A stretch of 64,000 nucleotides of DNA from an uncultured Verrucomicrobiae bacterium (lineage in GTDB: Bacteria > Verrucomicrobiota > Verrucomicrobiia > Chthoniobacterales > Terrimicrobiaceae). Location: the NCBI GenBank assembly GCA_963706955.1, contig CAVPOC010000004.1, forward strand, positions 1 to 64,000, in the 5' to 3' direction. The number at the start of each line of letters is the position of its first letter. The stretch's first letter is position 1. Shown in pieces: positions 12,043-21,728 of this stretch. Under the pieces are notes generated by a model, which saw nothing but the letters and a program-made list of their open reading frames with translations, had not been told where the DNA came from and made no database searches. The translations under genes were made by a program, and so were the position numbers.

Positions 12043-13093
12043 TTAAGAGGGAGAACTCTCCTGGAGAAGCTGGCGGATCCACGTCTCGTAATTGGCGCGT
12101 GCATTGATAGATCGCAGGATCCCTCTTTTGTCGATCATCCAGACCGTCGGCAGCGCGTTGATGCCGAGCGAGCGCGGGATGGTTCCGCGCCAACCCAAGC
12201 CATCGAAGTGCGTCGGCCAATCGGCGCGGAGTTCTCGAAAGCGGTTGTTGAAGGCTGCTCGGCTTTGATCAAGGCTTACTGTGACTACACGGAGACGATC
12301 CTTGGAAAGCGTCTCCCAAGATGATCGAAAATCTCTCAGCCAAAGCAGGCTGTGGGGAGAGTCGCTAGACCAGAAGATCAACACAACGACGTTCCCCCGA
12401 AGCGCGGCTAGATCGATCTGGCCGCCAGCCGACGAGGACATCTTCAATTCAAGGACTTTTCCCAGCAGATCAACCCGCCGCAAATCGTCGGTGATCCGTC
12501 GTTTGAGCGGCTCTTCATCGGTAAGCCGTAGCGCTTCCTCCAGGAGCGCTCGCTTCTGGCTCGGCACCTCGTCGCACACGGTGGCCGCTTCGACAAGAAG
12601 GCGTGGACCGCGGCGGTCGCCCGGATACTTGATAACAAAATTCTGCGCGGAATGGACGATCGATTCCCGCGTTCGCTCGGGACTGCCCTGTTGACTTTGC
12701 ATCAAAAGCGAGGCGCGGGAGAAGCCGGCATCGGCAAGCTTCTCGCGCGGAACGCCAACGGACTTCTCGAGGTCAACCAGAAGCTCCAGCGCCTCGTCAA
12801 CCTTGGCTTGGTCGTTTGACATCTTGCCCTCGGCGGCAACGACTCGCGCCAGCCTAAGCTTGGCGTCGAAGACACGCGCATCGCTCGGATGGTTCAGAAG
12901 AAATCGCTCGATAGCTTTGCGCTGGGTATAGAGATGATTGCGGGCCGCTAGCGCGATTTCCTCGCGCGTCGTCGGCTTCTTCTTTGGTCCCGCATCCAGC
13001 GCCAGGATGTAGTTCCAGTCTTCATTCACGCCGGCGCTCAGGCGCAAGGCGATGAACAGGAACGCCAGCAAGGAGAAGGCGAACTGCCCTCAT
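12043..13093 (-). CDS. Exported protein with a C-terminal TlpA/redoxin-like domain lacking CxxC
   Basis: Signal peptide, helical N-region, then LRGNVVVLIFWSSDSPHS...VSLD...GINALPTVWMIDKRG. The start probably overlaps the upstream stop (ATGA), requiring one indel. Confidence 0.7.
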
Positions 13094-13986
13094 GTCTGAT
13101 CGGCGGGAAGGATGGCGGCGTAGATGGCTCGATGATCACTCGCTTCGTTCCAAAAAGGCGAGTCGTCGATACCGCACTTTTCAGTGACTACTTCGCGGAC
13201 TAAGCCTGGACTTACCAACAGATAATCGATGCGGGAGTATTCGTCAGCTGCTTTCCAATAGTAGGTCCAACGTTCATCGCGACTATCTCGAAGCCACAGG
13301 TCCATCATATGACTGGGCGTGCCTTTTAGTCCGATGATCTGGCGAATCGGGTATTCATTCTTGGTGTCATTTAGATCGCCGAAAAGCATGAGATTTGTCT
13401 CGGGCGAGATCTCCAGAATTCGATCAAGATGTGCGCGCAAATGCCGCGCTTCCTTGGCGCGCATCCGCGCCTGATCGTATTCGGGAACCTCCCGACGCGA
13501 CTTCAGATGCGCTCCGACCAGGCGCAGCCGGTAGTGAGGATTGATTTCCACGGTGACATCCAGAATACCTCGATTCATCTGCAACGCCTGGCCATCAAGC
13601 TCCAAGTGAACCTGCTCGCGCGAGTTACGCTCGACGATCGGAAACTTGCTCAACAGGGAAATGTGACGCACCTCGTCAGTTCCCTGCACCCATTCACGAT
13701 AGGTGTAATCCAGACCGGCCTCTCTCAATCGCTTCTGCAAGTCGGCGAGCATCGATTCGTCGCCGATTTCGATAAGCCCGACAATGTCGGGCTTTATTCG
13801 ATTGAGAACTTTGATGACCGCCGCAATCGCCTGCTCGGGTTTCGCTGGTTCGTCGACGAGCCGGTCCGCGTTGACGGCATCGATCAGCCAATAATTCTGG
13901 ACGTTATAGGAGGCGACAATGATCTCCTCGGCCGAGAGCGAGGCGCAAAGAAGGAGGCTGAGGAGCCAGCAAGTGGCTTTGCGCAT
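13090..13986 (-). CDS. Secreted endonuclease/exonuclease/phosphatase family protein
   Basis: SYNVQNY, PDIVGLIE, HLKS, GDLND, RIDY and ASDH motifs, plus a signal peptide. Confidence 0.88.
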   Translation of the reverse strand: MRKATCWLLSLLLCASLSAEEIIVASYNVQNYWLIDAVNADRLVDEPAKPEQAIAAVIKVLNRIKPDIVGLIEIGDESMLADLQKRLREAGLDYTYREWVQGTDEVRHISLLSKFPIVERNSREQVHLELDGQALQMNRGILDVTVEINPHYRLRLVGAHLKSRREVPEYDQARMRAKEARHLRAHLDRILEISPETNLMLFGDLNDTKNEYPIRQIIGLKGTPSHMMDLWLRDSRDERWTYYWKAADEYSRIDYLLVSPGLVREVVTEKCGIDDSPFWNEASDHRAIYAAILPADQT

Positions 13987-14009
13987 CGGCAGGATTCCCT
14001 GCGAACGGC

Positions 14010-14243
14010 TCAGGAAGGCTGATGCGGCTGCTTCTCAGCGGGCTCTTTGACTTCCAAGTCGGTCGTGCTCTTGCGCACTTCGCGCTCAAATTCGTCACGG
14101 GCCTTCTTGAACTCTCCCAAACTCTGTCCAATCCCTCGCGCTAGCTCCGGCAGCTTCTTCGCTCCGAAAAGCAAGATGAGCACCACGAGAATGAAAAGAG
14201 TTTCTGGCCAACCGGGCATACCAAAGGCGATTGGTAGATTCAT
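14010..14243 (-). CDS. tatA: Twin-arginine translocase TatA/E subunit
   Basis: TM helix followed by LLFGAKKLPELARGIGQSLGEFKKA. Confidence 0.93.
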   Translation of the reverse strand: MNLPIAFGMPGWPETLFILVVLILLFGAKKLPELARGIGQSLGEFKKARDEFEREVRKSTTDLEVKEPAEKQPHQPS

Positions 14244-14250
14244 TTAGCAG

Positions 14251-14278
14251 ACGCTACAACGTATTTCGCTGGTTGCAA
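14251..14278 (-). promoter_or_regulatory. Putative sigma-70 promoter, likely giving a leaderless tatA mRNA
   Basis: Minus strand reads TTGCAA-16nt-TAGCGT-7nt-ATG, with no Shine-Dalgarno sequence. Confidence 0.4.
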
Positions 14279-14285
14279 AGAAACT

Positions 14286-14966
14286 TCAGAGATCCAGAGA
14301 CCCGCCGATAGGCATCAGCTCGAGTTTAACTCCCGCCCGGGCGAAGATTCCAGTGGCTTCGCTATGATCGATCTGGATCGGAGGAAATGTGTCGTAGTGA
14401 ACGCCGATGACCCGCTTGCACTTAACGATTCCGGCGGCCCTGGCGGCATCGCCTGGCCCCATGGTAAAATTGTCGCCGACGCAGAGCACCGCAAAGCGTA
14501 AGTCGAACTCCTGCGCGATGAAATGCATGTCGTGCGTTAGCGCCGTATCGCCTGAATAATAAAAAGCCTCTTGATCGTTGTGGACGACAAAACCCCCCGG
14601 GTTGCCCCCATAGCTGCCGTCGGGAAGCTGGCTTGAGTGGACAGCATTGACGAACTTAACCCGCCCGAAATCGAAGGTCCAGCCGCCGCCATGATTGAGC
14701 GCGTGTGTCTTCTCGAGCCCTTGCTTGCTCAGCCAGCCGACAATCTCGAAATTGGAGATCGCCGTGGCTCCAGTGCGTTTGGCAATCTCGACAGCATCGT
14801 TGATGTGGTCGAAATGACCGTGTGAGATCAGGATGTAATCGGCTTCGACCGTGTCGATCTTGATGGCTTTTGCGAGGGGATTCGGCGTAATAAACGGATC
14901 AAAGAGAAGGGTCTTGCCTCCGAATTGAACGGAGAAACAGGAATGGCCATAGTAGGAGAGTTTCAT
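14286..14966 (-). CDS. Metallo-beta-lactamase-fold metal-dependent hydrolase (UPF0173-like)
   Basis: YGHSCF, DPF, SHGHFDH, AVHSS, YSGDT, GDNFTM and HYDTFP motifs. Confidence 0.9.
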   Translation of the reverse strand: MKLSYYGHSCFSVQFGGKTLLFDPFITPNPLAKAIKIDTVEADYILISHGHFDHINDAVEIAKRTGATAISNFEIVGWLSKQGLEKTHALNHGGGWTFDFGRVKFVNAVHSSQLPDGSYGGNPGGFVVHNDQEAFYYSGDTALTHDMHFIAQEFDLRFAVLCVGDNFTMGPGDAARAAGIVKCKRVIGVHYDTFPPIQIDHSEATGIFARAGVKLELMPIGGSLDL

Positions 14967-14991
14967 GGAGAGATGGGTTCGCCAAAAATGC

Positions 14992-15151
14992 TAACCACAG
15001 AGGACACTGAGGACACGGAGTTTTCTAACAAAGAGACTACTGAAAGCTGTCTCGCGACACTGTGGCGGAACGAACTTCAACGTCCGATAGCCGAAAGACG
15101 CAAAGCGCATTTTATGCCCTTCCGCTGTGATCTGTGTGCCCTCTGTAATTA
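14992..15151. repeat. Degenerate inverted repeat built from ACAGAGGAC-type 9-mers (second extragenic repeat family)
   Basis: Left arm taaccACAGAGGAC-ACTGAGGAC-ACGGAG. The reverse complement of the right arm is taattACAGAGGGC-ACACAGATC-ACAGCG. Spacer about 100 nt; intergenic. Confidence 0.55.
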
Positions 15152-15172
15152 ACAAAGCCAGATCCGCCGGTG

Positions 15173-15925
15173 TTAGGGGCCGAGGAGCGCTGCAGCGACT
15201 TGCGGGGATGGGAGTCCCCATGCTTTCCACCGCCGAAGGTATTCATCGCGCGGAAGGAGCGTATAGTAGGGGTTTTTATCCTTGCGCAGCCAGCTGATGA
15301 TGCGCCGAATCGCGCCCTCAGGCATTACCGTGCATCCTGCCGAGGAGCGATTCGGACCCCGCTGGATGTGAAAGAAAATGGCGCTGCCGGCACCGGGCAC
15401 GGGTGGGTCGGCGTTGTGGCGAATCTCAATGAGCCAACGATGCGGCGGATCGTTCAAGCGCATTTTCTGCTTCTCAAACCAAGGCGGCGGATTTTTTGGA
15501 TCAATCACCACGTGCTGGTTGTAGTGCGGCAAGGTCGGATCATCGATCCATGCATCCGCCTCCGTGATTGTGTGAAATGGATAGGTTGCGCCCTCCGGCA
15601 GCGCAGGATCGTAAGTGTAAATTTTCCCGATCTTGAAAACGCCCGCAGGTGCGCGCTTGTCGCGTTCGGTTTTCTGCGGACCGGATTCATTTGCGCCGAG
15701 CACACCTCGCCCCCAGGCCAAACCGCTCTTTCCATAGAGGACTCGAAAAGGCGCAGAAGTTGCACGCCAGTTGGCGCCATCTCGCTCGAACAGTTGAAGT
15801 TTGCCGGAGGTCGCTTCCCAGTCGGCAGCGACGGAGACAGCCAGCTGTGTGATTGAAGGATCAAGCGCAGGCGACTGCGCAGTCACCGTCAAAAGGATCA
15901 GTCCGATAATCGAAAGTCGGTTCAT
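15173..15925 (-). CDS. L,D-transpeptidase (YkuD-like) family protein
   Basis: Signal peptide, KTERDKRAPAGVF, and GSAIFFH...SAGC catalytic His/Cys. Confidence 0.8.
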   Translation of the reverse strand: MNRLSIIGLILLTVTAQSPALDPSITQLAVSVAADWEATSGKLQLFERDGANWRATSAPFRVLYGKSGLAWGRGVLGANESGPQKTERDKRAPAGVFKIGKIYTYDPALPEGATYPFHTITEADAWIDDPTLPHYNQHVVIDPKNPPPWFEKQKMRLNDPPHRWLIEIRHNADPPVPGAGSAIFFHIQRGPNRSSAGCTVMPEGAIRRIISWLRKDKNPYYTLLPRDEYLRRWKAWGLPSPQVAAALLGP

Positions 15926-16149
15926 TCTGGAATTTCTGGCGGTTTACTTCGCGCGCGAGTTCGACTCATCCCCCTCTGGCCGGTTAGTTGATCGCATTGG
16001 CTAGGCTCTCAAAAATGTTCATTGACGAAGGCAGCTCGCAGAATGGACTGGGACACTGGCGACGTCAAAGGCTTGCTTGCCTATCGTAAAATGGGAGAGC
16101 CTTATTGATTAGATCTGCCTTGCGACTGCGCTCTACACGCCTGTTAGCC

Positions 16150-17998
16150 ATGAATCGAATTGGATCTCCGCATGCGAGTGTGGTTGTTCAAGTCGCACGC
16201 CTCATCGCGACCGCATCATGCGTCGCCGGCTTGCTCGGGTGCGGCAGCACAATTGTCACCCGCATTCATACTCGCGATGTCGTCCTGAGTTTTCCGATCG
16301 ACAAGAGGGAGAACCAAGCGCGTCGGCTAGAAAAAGAGCTGAAAATGTCCGCCCACTAAGCCGGGCGGTTGGGAAGCATCTGCGCCGGCTCTGGTGCGCT
16401 GGGCTGGCGCGGACGCTGAACGACTGACGCTCGCAGCTGAATCGTTGCTGCTGGCGCGCGCGAGGGGTTCTCAAGAGATTTCAGGATTTTCGCTCGCGTC
16501 GATGGACTTGTCGTGGCGGAGTTTGCGCTCCTCCGGCGTGCCTCCCTCGCAATGGCTGGAGACACCCGCCACGCGGCGAACCATTGCCATCTATAATGCG
16601 GCACTCGATCGTTTTGTGGCGATCCACGGAAATGAGCTTGCGCGCGGCGGAGGCGATAATTTCTGGACTCCCCTTGGTGGAGATGGAGGTCTCGACGGAG
16701 TTCGTCGCCAGTCCGCCTTATCGAGCAGGCTATTTTGATACCTTCATTTTAGCCGACCGCGTCAGCATCCGAGGAATGGGCAAACGAGTCCGAACAAGTG
16801 GCCTCGGCGTGGCCCTGGTGGGTTCGCGCGAGCGAACGCCCGAGCGCGAGAAGGAGATGTTCTATCAACCGGCAGGGCGGGGCGTTTACGCGCCTTTCGC
16901 GGCGGTTGCGGAATTTGATTCGGAGCCGAGAAGCAGAAGCTCGCATCCGACTGATCGATCTAAACCGCAAAAGCACGATCGCCATGGCCGGTGGAAGAGA
17001 TCGCCTTGAGTGGTGACTTCACGGCGCCCTTCGCTTTGTCGTTTCGCGGCATCAACGATTTGATGATGGGGATCAGCGGCATCATAAACGTAGAAAAGCG
17101 CGAAAAAGACGCCGGGCTCTATCTCACCGAGCCCTTTGATCCTGACCGCATCCCGGTCGTAATGATTCACGGCCTAAGCTCCTCGCCATTGGTCTGGCGA
17201 ACCATCGCTACCGGTCTCTTGGGCGATCCATCGATTCGCAGAAATTACCAGTTTTGGTACGTTTACTATCCAACCGGAATGCCGATTCTGGAGTCGGCAG
17301 CATCGATACGCGATGAGATCGCCGCGATTCGCAAAGCATATGATCCGCGCGGAACGTCGATCGCCTCCCGTCACATGGTGCTCGTTGGTTACAGCATGGG
17401 AGGTGTTATCGCGCAGATCCTCTCAACGAGCAGTGGCAATCGCCTTTGGGATGCGATTGCCAAAGTGCCCTTCGAGCAGGCGGCCATGGATTCTGAGGAT
17501 CGTGCCGAACTCAAGAACCTTCTCTTCTGGAAGCCAGTTCCTGGACTTGATCGGACCGTCTTCATTGCCACCCCGCATCGCGGCACCCGTTTTGCAGACT
17601 CGAGGTTGGCGGGCATTGGTGGTCGCCTCGTCCGATTGCCGGGAGATTTCTTGCAGTTTCAAACGCGCATGCTCAATGCCTTGGGCGAGATCCTCCAGGG
17701 CGACTTCGCGACCATGGGAGTGGTGACCGGAATCACCTCGCTCTCGCCTTCTGCTCCGATCTACAAGGCGCTCGATGGAGCTCCGTTCGCTCCTGGGCTA
17801 AAATATCATTCGATCATCGGAGATCGCGGTAGAGGAGGTGGAGTCAATAGCACGGATGGCATCGTTGGTTATTGGAGCTCCCACATCGCTGGTGCACAGT
17901 CCGAACTTATCGTGCCGACCGGCCATGATGCGCACCTCCATCCAAAGACCATCGCTGATCTTCGAAGAATTCTTCTTTCGAACATTCGCGGACCTTAA
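16150..17998 (+). CDS. Lipoprotein alpha/beta hydrolase (lipase/esterase-like), several apparent indels in the 5' half
   Basis: Lipobox-like LLGC. ORF pieces 16105, 16394, 16584 and 16991 join into one protein with IHGLSSSP, GYSMGG, ATPHRG, DGIV and a C-terminal His. Confidence 0.7.
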
Positions 17999-18024
17999 GA
18001 GGCCGAGCGCTCGTCCAACCTTCT

Positions 18025-18435
18025 TCAAAGCCGTTTCGTCAACCTGAGGATGTTATGCCCTTCGCGGCGCAGGTAGATGAAACCATCGAGAATGTTGCGG
18101 ACAAAGTGAATGCCGAGACCGCCGGCTTTGTCGCGTTCACCGGGGGCCGAAGGGCGTGGTGTTGGGTGGGCGAATGGATCGAAGGGACCTCCGTCATCAC
18201 AAATTTCGATTTCCAGGTCGCTCGCGCCAAGCGTGAGTTGGATCTCAATTTGATGCTCGAGGCCGTCGCGGTATCCGTATTTGATCGTATTGCTGACCAT
18301 CTCTTCGATGGCAAGGTTGGCCGCAAAAACAACATCGGGTGAGGCGCCGTTGGTCTCGAGAAATTCAGTGGTGGCGACGGCCACGTCGCGAAGATCGTTC
18401 AAGTCGTTGCGTATTGTGAAAGCGAGAGCGGGCAC
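18025..18435 (-). CDS. RsbW/SpoIIAB-like ATP-binding protein (HATPase_c)
   Basis: LAIEEMVSNTIKYG, ICDDGGPFDP and GGLGIHFV motifs. Confidence 0.85.
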   Translation of the reverse strand: MPALAFTIRNDLNDLRDVAVATTEFLETNGASPDVVFAANLAIEEMVSNTIKYGYRDGLEHQIEIQLTLGASDLEIEICDDGGPFDPFAHPTPRPSAPGERDKAGGLGIHFVRNILDGFIYLRREGHNILRLTKRL

Positions 18436-18447
18436 GGCTAGACTTCG

Positions 18448-20142
18448 CTAGACTCGAAAGAGAGCCCCAAGCTTCTTGCCCAGGAGAATACTCGCTCCAA
18501 TGATGGTCGTTCCCAGGAAGCACATTGCCCAAACACCGAGCGCGCTGGCGATGAAGCGTCCTTCGCCGAGCAATTGATAGAGCTCATAGATCGCCTTCGT
18601 GATCGGATAGTCTTGCTGCTTTTGCGCCAGAATCAGCGAGTCGCTGACTTCGAGCATGGCAAACGAGAAGGCCAGCAACGCGCCGGCGACAAGGTTTGCC
18701 ATGATCAGAGGAATGGTGATCTTGGCCAGCGTTTTCAGCGGGGGAGAGCCCAAATTTTGTGCAGCTTCCTCGAGAGTGACGCTCGTCTGCTGAAAGCCCG
18801 CTACCGCCGAACGGACCACATACGGAAGCCGCCGCACACTGTACGCGATCACCAGGATTGGGAGTGGATTCTCGAGAGGGTTCAGTGCGCTTAGAAGTTT
18901 TCCTTCCTGCGTCATCGCCAAGTAGCCGAACGCGAGGACAATGCCGGGGACGGCCAGCGGGAGCATGGCAATAGCGTCGAGGACATCACGGCCGGGAAGC
19001 TTCGTGCGGACGATAACATAAGCGATCGAGATACCCAGGATGAGATCAATCACTGTCGCAATGCTGGCGTACTGAAGGCTATTTCGAATCGAAGGCAAGG
19101 TTAGTCCATGTCCGAGTGCCTCCCTGAAGTGCTCAATGGTCCAAGCGGTGGGCAAGATCGTGCCGTACCAATCGCTCGAGAAGGCGACCAGGACAACGCC
19201 GAGGTGCGGCAAAATCGCCAGCGCGGTGATCGCTCCAAAGGAGGCGATGCATACCACAGTGGTAAACGGGCCCGCTTGACGTGGTCCCCCTTGGGTAGTC
19301 GCCTTTGCCATCATCGCGTGCGGATCCCGTCCGAAAAGCCACTTGCTCGCAGCGTAGAGAATCGCCGAGGCGCCCAGCATCACAGCGACGAGGGCAAATG
19401 GAAATGGGTTACCCCCAATGTCCTTGATCCCGGAAAAAATCTGAACCGAGGTGACCCGAGTGTACTCAAACATCAGCGGCACACCCAATTCTGTAAAAGC
19501 CCATATAAAGACGATCGTTCCTCCGGCAAAAAGCCCTGGCATTATCAGCGGCAGAGTGATCCGCCGGAACTTGCGCAGGCCTGTGCAACCGAGATTTTCT
19601 GCGGCTTCCTCCATTGCCGGATCGAGATTCGCCAATGCGGCCACCACGTTTAAATAGAGAATCGGGTAGAGATGGAGCGCGTTCATCACCACGACTCCCC
19701 AAAAACGCCCCTGTCCCAGCCAGTCGATGGGATGTTCCGGGCTCATCAGGCCGATCGCCTGCAATAGACTGTTCAGTGCGCCAGCCTGGCCGAGAATTTG
19801 CTTAACGCCGATGGCTCCGACAAAGGGTGGCAAGATCATCGGCACCAGGACCAGGCCAGAGAGGATGCCCTTGCCAGGAAAAGCGAAACGATCGCTAAGA
19901 AAAGCTAGCGGGAGGGCCAGAACAATTGCCAGTGCCGTGCTCGCAACGGCCAGCAAGAAGGCGTTGGAAAGCCCTTCGAGATAGATAGGATTTCTAAATA
20001 CCTCCAACAGGTAGGAGAGGGTAAAGCTGCCGTCGTTCGTTATGAACGCGCCCCGCAGCGTTTCGGCGATCGGCCAGGCGAAGAACAGCGCGAAATACAA
20101 TCCAGTCACGACAAGGACAAGAATTGAGAAGTGTCGGGACAT
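18448..20142 (-). CDS. ABC transporter permease, FbpB/iron(III) class (duplicated domain)
   Basis: Two EAA motifs (MEEAAENLG, LEEAAQNLG) and many TM helices. Start set at MSRHFS. Confidence 0.9.
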   Translation of the reverse strand: MSRHFSILVLVVTGLYFALFFAWPIAETLRGAFITNDGSFTLSYLLEVFRNPIYLEGLSNAFLLAVASTALAIVLALPLAFLSDRFAFPGKGILSGLVLVPMILPPFVGAIGVKQILGQAGALNSLLQAIGLMSPEHPIDWLGQGRFWGVVVMNALHLYPILYLNVVAALANLDPAMEEAAENLGCTGLRKFRRITLPLIMPGLFAGGTIVFIWAFTELGVPLMFEYTRVTSVQIFSGIKDIGGNPFPFALVAVMLGASAILYAASKWLFGRDPHAMMAKATTQGGPRQAGPFTTVVCIASFGAITALAILPHLGVVLVAFSSDWYGTILPTAWTIEHFREALGHGLTLPSIRNSLQYASIATVIDLILGISIAYVIVRTKLPGRDVLDAIAMLPLAVPGIVLAFGYLAMTQEGKLLSALNPLENPLPILVIAYSVRRLPYVVRSAVAGFQQTSVTLEEAAQNLGSPPLKTLAKITIPLIMANLVAGALLAFSFAMLEVSDSLILAQKQQDYPITKAIYELYQLLGEGRFIASALGVWAMCFLGTTIIGASILLGKKLGALFRV

Positions 20143-20158
20143 GCGGCGGTCAGCTCGT

Positions 20159-21724
20159 TTATTCTCCCGCCTTGGCGAGTTGCTCGGCGACTCGATACTG
20201 CGCGCGAAAATGATTTCCGAGCTCACGGGCGAGCTGCACCTCGTTGATGCGGTTGGCGCCGCTGAGGATGGGACGGATCTTCTCCATGGCCGTCTTGTAC
20301 CCAACAGTATTTACATCGCCGAATACTGCGGTGGCCTTCGGCGGAAAACCTGCGTTCACCAAGGCTTTCCACGCGGCGGCCTGCTCGTCATGGCTATCCA
20401 GACACATGATTCGAATCACGAAGCTCAGCGTCTTGAAGAGCGGCGCGGTCCAGCTGGGATGATAGATGAACGATTCAGCCTCTCGGTACGGATCGACTCC
20501 GGGATCGGAACGGTATTCGGCAAACTCTGCACCATAGAGTTCTTTCCGGACGGGTTGGCGTCTGAGGGCGTATTTGACCGGTCCGCCCGGAACACCCACT
20601 TTGAAGTCCCAGAGCTTTTGCCCCTCGAGGGAGACGACAAACTCGATGAACATCTTGGCCGCTCTGGCATTTGGAGCGCCCCGAAATAACCCGATCGGGT
20701 CTGCGCCAACGGAAGAGCCACCCTTGGGAGTGAAATATTGCAGACGGGACGACTGGTCGCCGATCCGGACAGCCTCGCTTTGAAATCGTCCATAAAAATC
20801 GATGCACATTCCGATGGCCGCATCTCCTAGCGAGACGTCGACCGGGACTTGGGAGGCAGAGTCGGTGAAATAGCGTGTATTCGCGGAGGCGCGTTGGATC
20901 ACTTGCAAGCCGCGTGCCCAGCCAAGCTCCAGGGCCGCTTCTTTGTCGAGGCGCTGGTCCGGCGACCCGAGTGCCTCCTGCATTTGCTGCTGGATAATCA
21001 TCTCAAAGGCTTTGGCCGCCGATCCGCTTTTGCTGGGGTCTGCGAGGGCTACTTGCTTAAAGAAACGTGGGTTGCCCAGATCAGACCAAGCAGAGGGCAT
21101 CTCGCTCACGTGAAGTCGCCGTAACGAATCCGAGTTGTAGCAAATCCCAAAGGAAGAAAGAGCGGCTCCGATCCAGCGTCCGCCAGCATCGTAGAAAATT
21201 TCGCCGGAGACAGTGTGGGGAAGGGAACTGTCACTAAACCATTCTGGACGGTTCTTGATGACCTCGCAATCAACCAGCCGACCGGCGTCAGCCTGTTGTT
21301 GAAAATCGAAAGCGCCACCACCGAAGAAAATGTCAATTCCGATCCCGACGTTGGAGGAAAGGAATTGGCGTCGCGCGTCAGTTTGTGCCCGGAAGTCGTC
21401 GAAAGTTCCGGCAACTTCCGCGGTCCACGTGTTTCCCGACAATTTCCAGAAGCGCTCAAAAGCCGCATAGTATTCGCTCCGGATGAATCGTGCGATTTCG
21501 CTGGTTCCACCTGGCATTCTCCAGTCGACACGAACCGTGCGTCCGGTCTTTTGCCGATAATGTTCGCCAAACGCTCGGCTGAATTCGTAGCGAATTTGTT
21601 CGTTATGGGGAGTGACGATAACGACCTGATCATCCGCCGCAGCTAGCAGGTCCTCTTTTGGCTTGAGCGCAAATGGCAGGGCAATGATCAGCGCCAGGGC
21701 CGTGAAAACCGCCGCGATACGCAT
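20159..21724 (-). CDS. ABC transporter substrate-binding protein
   Basis: N-terminal anchor, TPHNE, GGTSEI, DIFFGGG, ADPSKSGS and ADPIG. Lies between the ATPase and the permease. Confidence 0.85.
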   Translation of the reverse strand: MRIAAVFTALALIIALPFALKPKEDLLAAADDQVVIVTPHNEQIRYEFSRAFGEHYRQKTGRTVRVDWRMPGGTSEIARFIRSEYYAAFERFWKLSGNTWTAEVAGTFDDFRAQTDARRQFLSSNVGIGIDIFFGGGAFDFQQQADAGRLVDCEVIKNRPEWFSDSSLPHTVSGEIFYDAGGRWIGAALSSFGICYNSDSLRRLHVSEMPSAWSDLGNPRFFKQVALADPSKSGSAAKAFEMIIQQQMQEALGSPDQRLDKEAALELGWARGLQVIQRASANTRYFTDSASQVPVDVSLGDAAIGMCIDFYGRFQSEAVRIGDQSSRLQYFTPKGGSSVGADPIGLFRGAPNARAAKMFIEFVVSLEGQKLWDFKVGVPGGPVKYALRRQPVRKELYGAEFAEYRSDPGVDPYREAESFIYHPSWTAPLFKTLSFVIRIMCLDSHDEQAAAWKALVNAGFPPKATAVFGDVNTVGYKTAMEKIRPILSGANRINEVQLARELGNHFRAQYRVAEQLAKAGE

Positions 21725-21728
21725 CGAA

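Noticed and set aside
13069..13092. Stop-codon readthrough fusing the EEP protein to the TlpA-like protein (same frame across TGA)
   Set aside because: An overlapping ATGA start plus one extra G explains it better, and the downstream protein has its own signal peptide.
14992..15151. CRISPR array
   Set aside because: Only two short arms in inverted orientation, no regular spacers and no cas genes. The REP doublets are likewise dispersed rather than arrayed.
15955..15981. tRNA 3'-end fragment or att site (GAGTTCGACTCATCCCCTCTGGCC)
   Set aside because: The T-stem does not pair, there is no CCA or cloverleaf, and no integrase is nearby.
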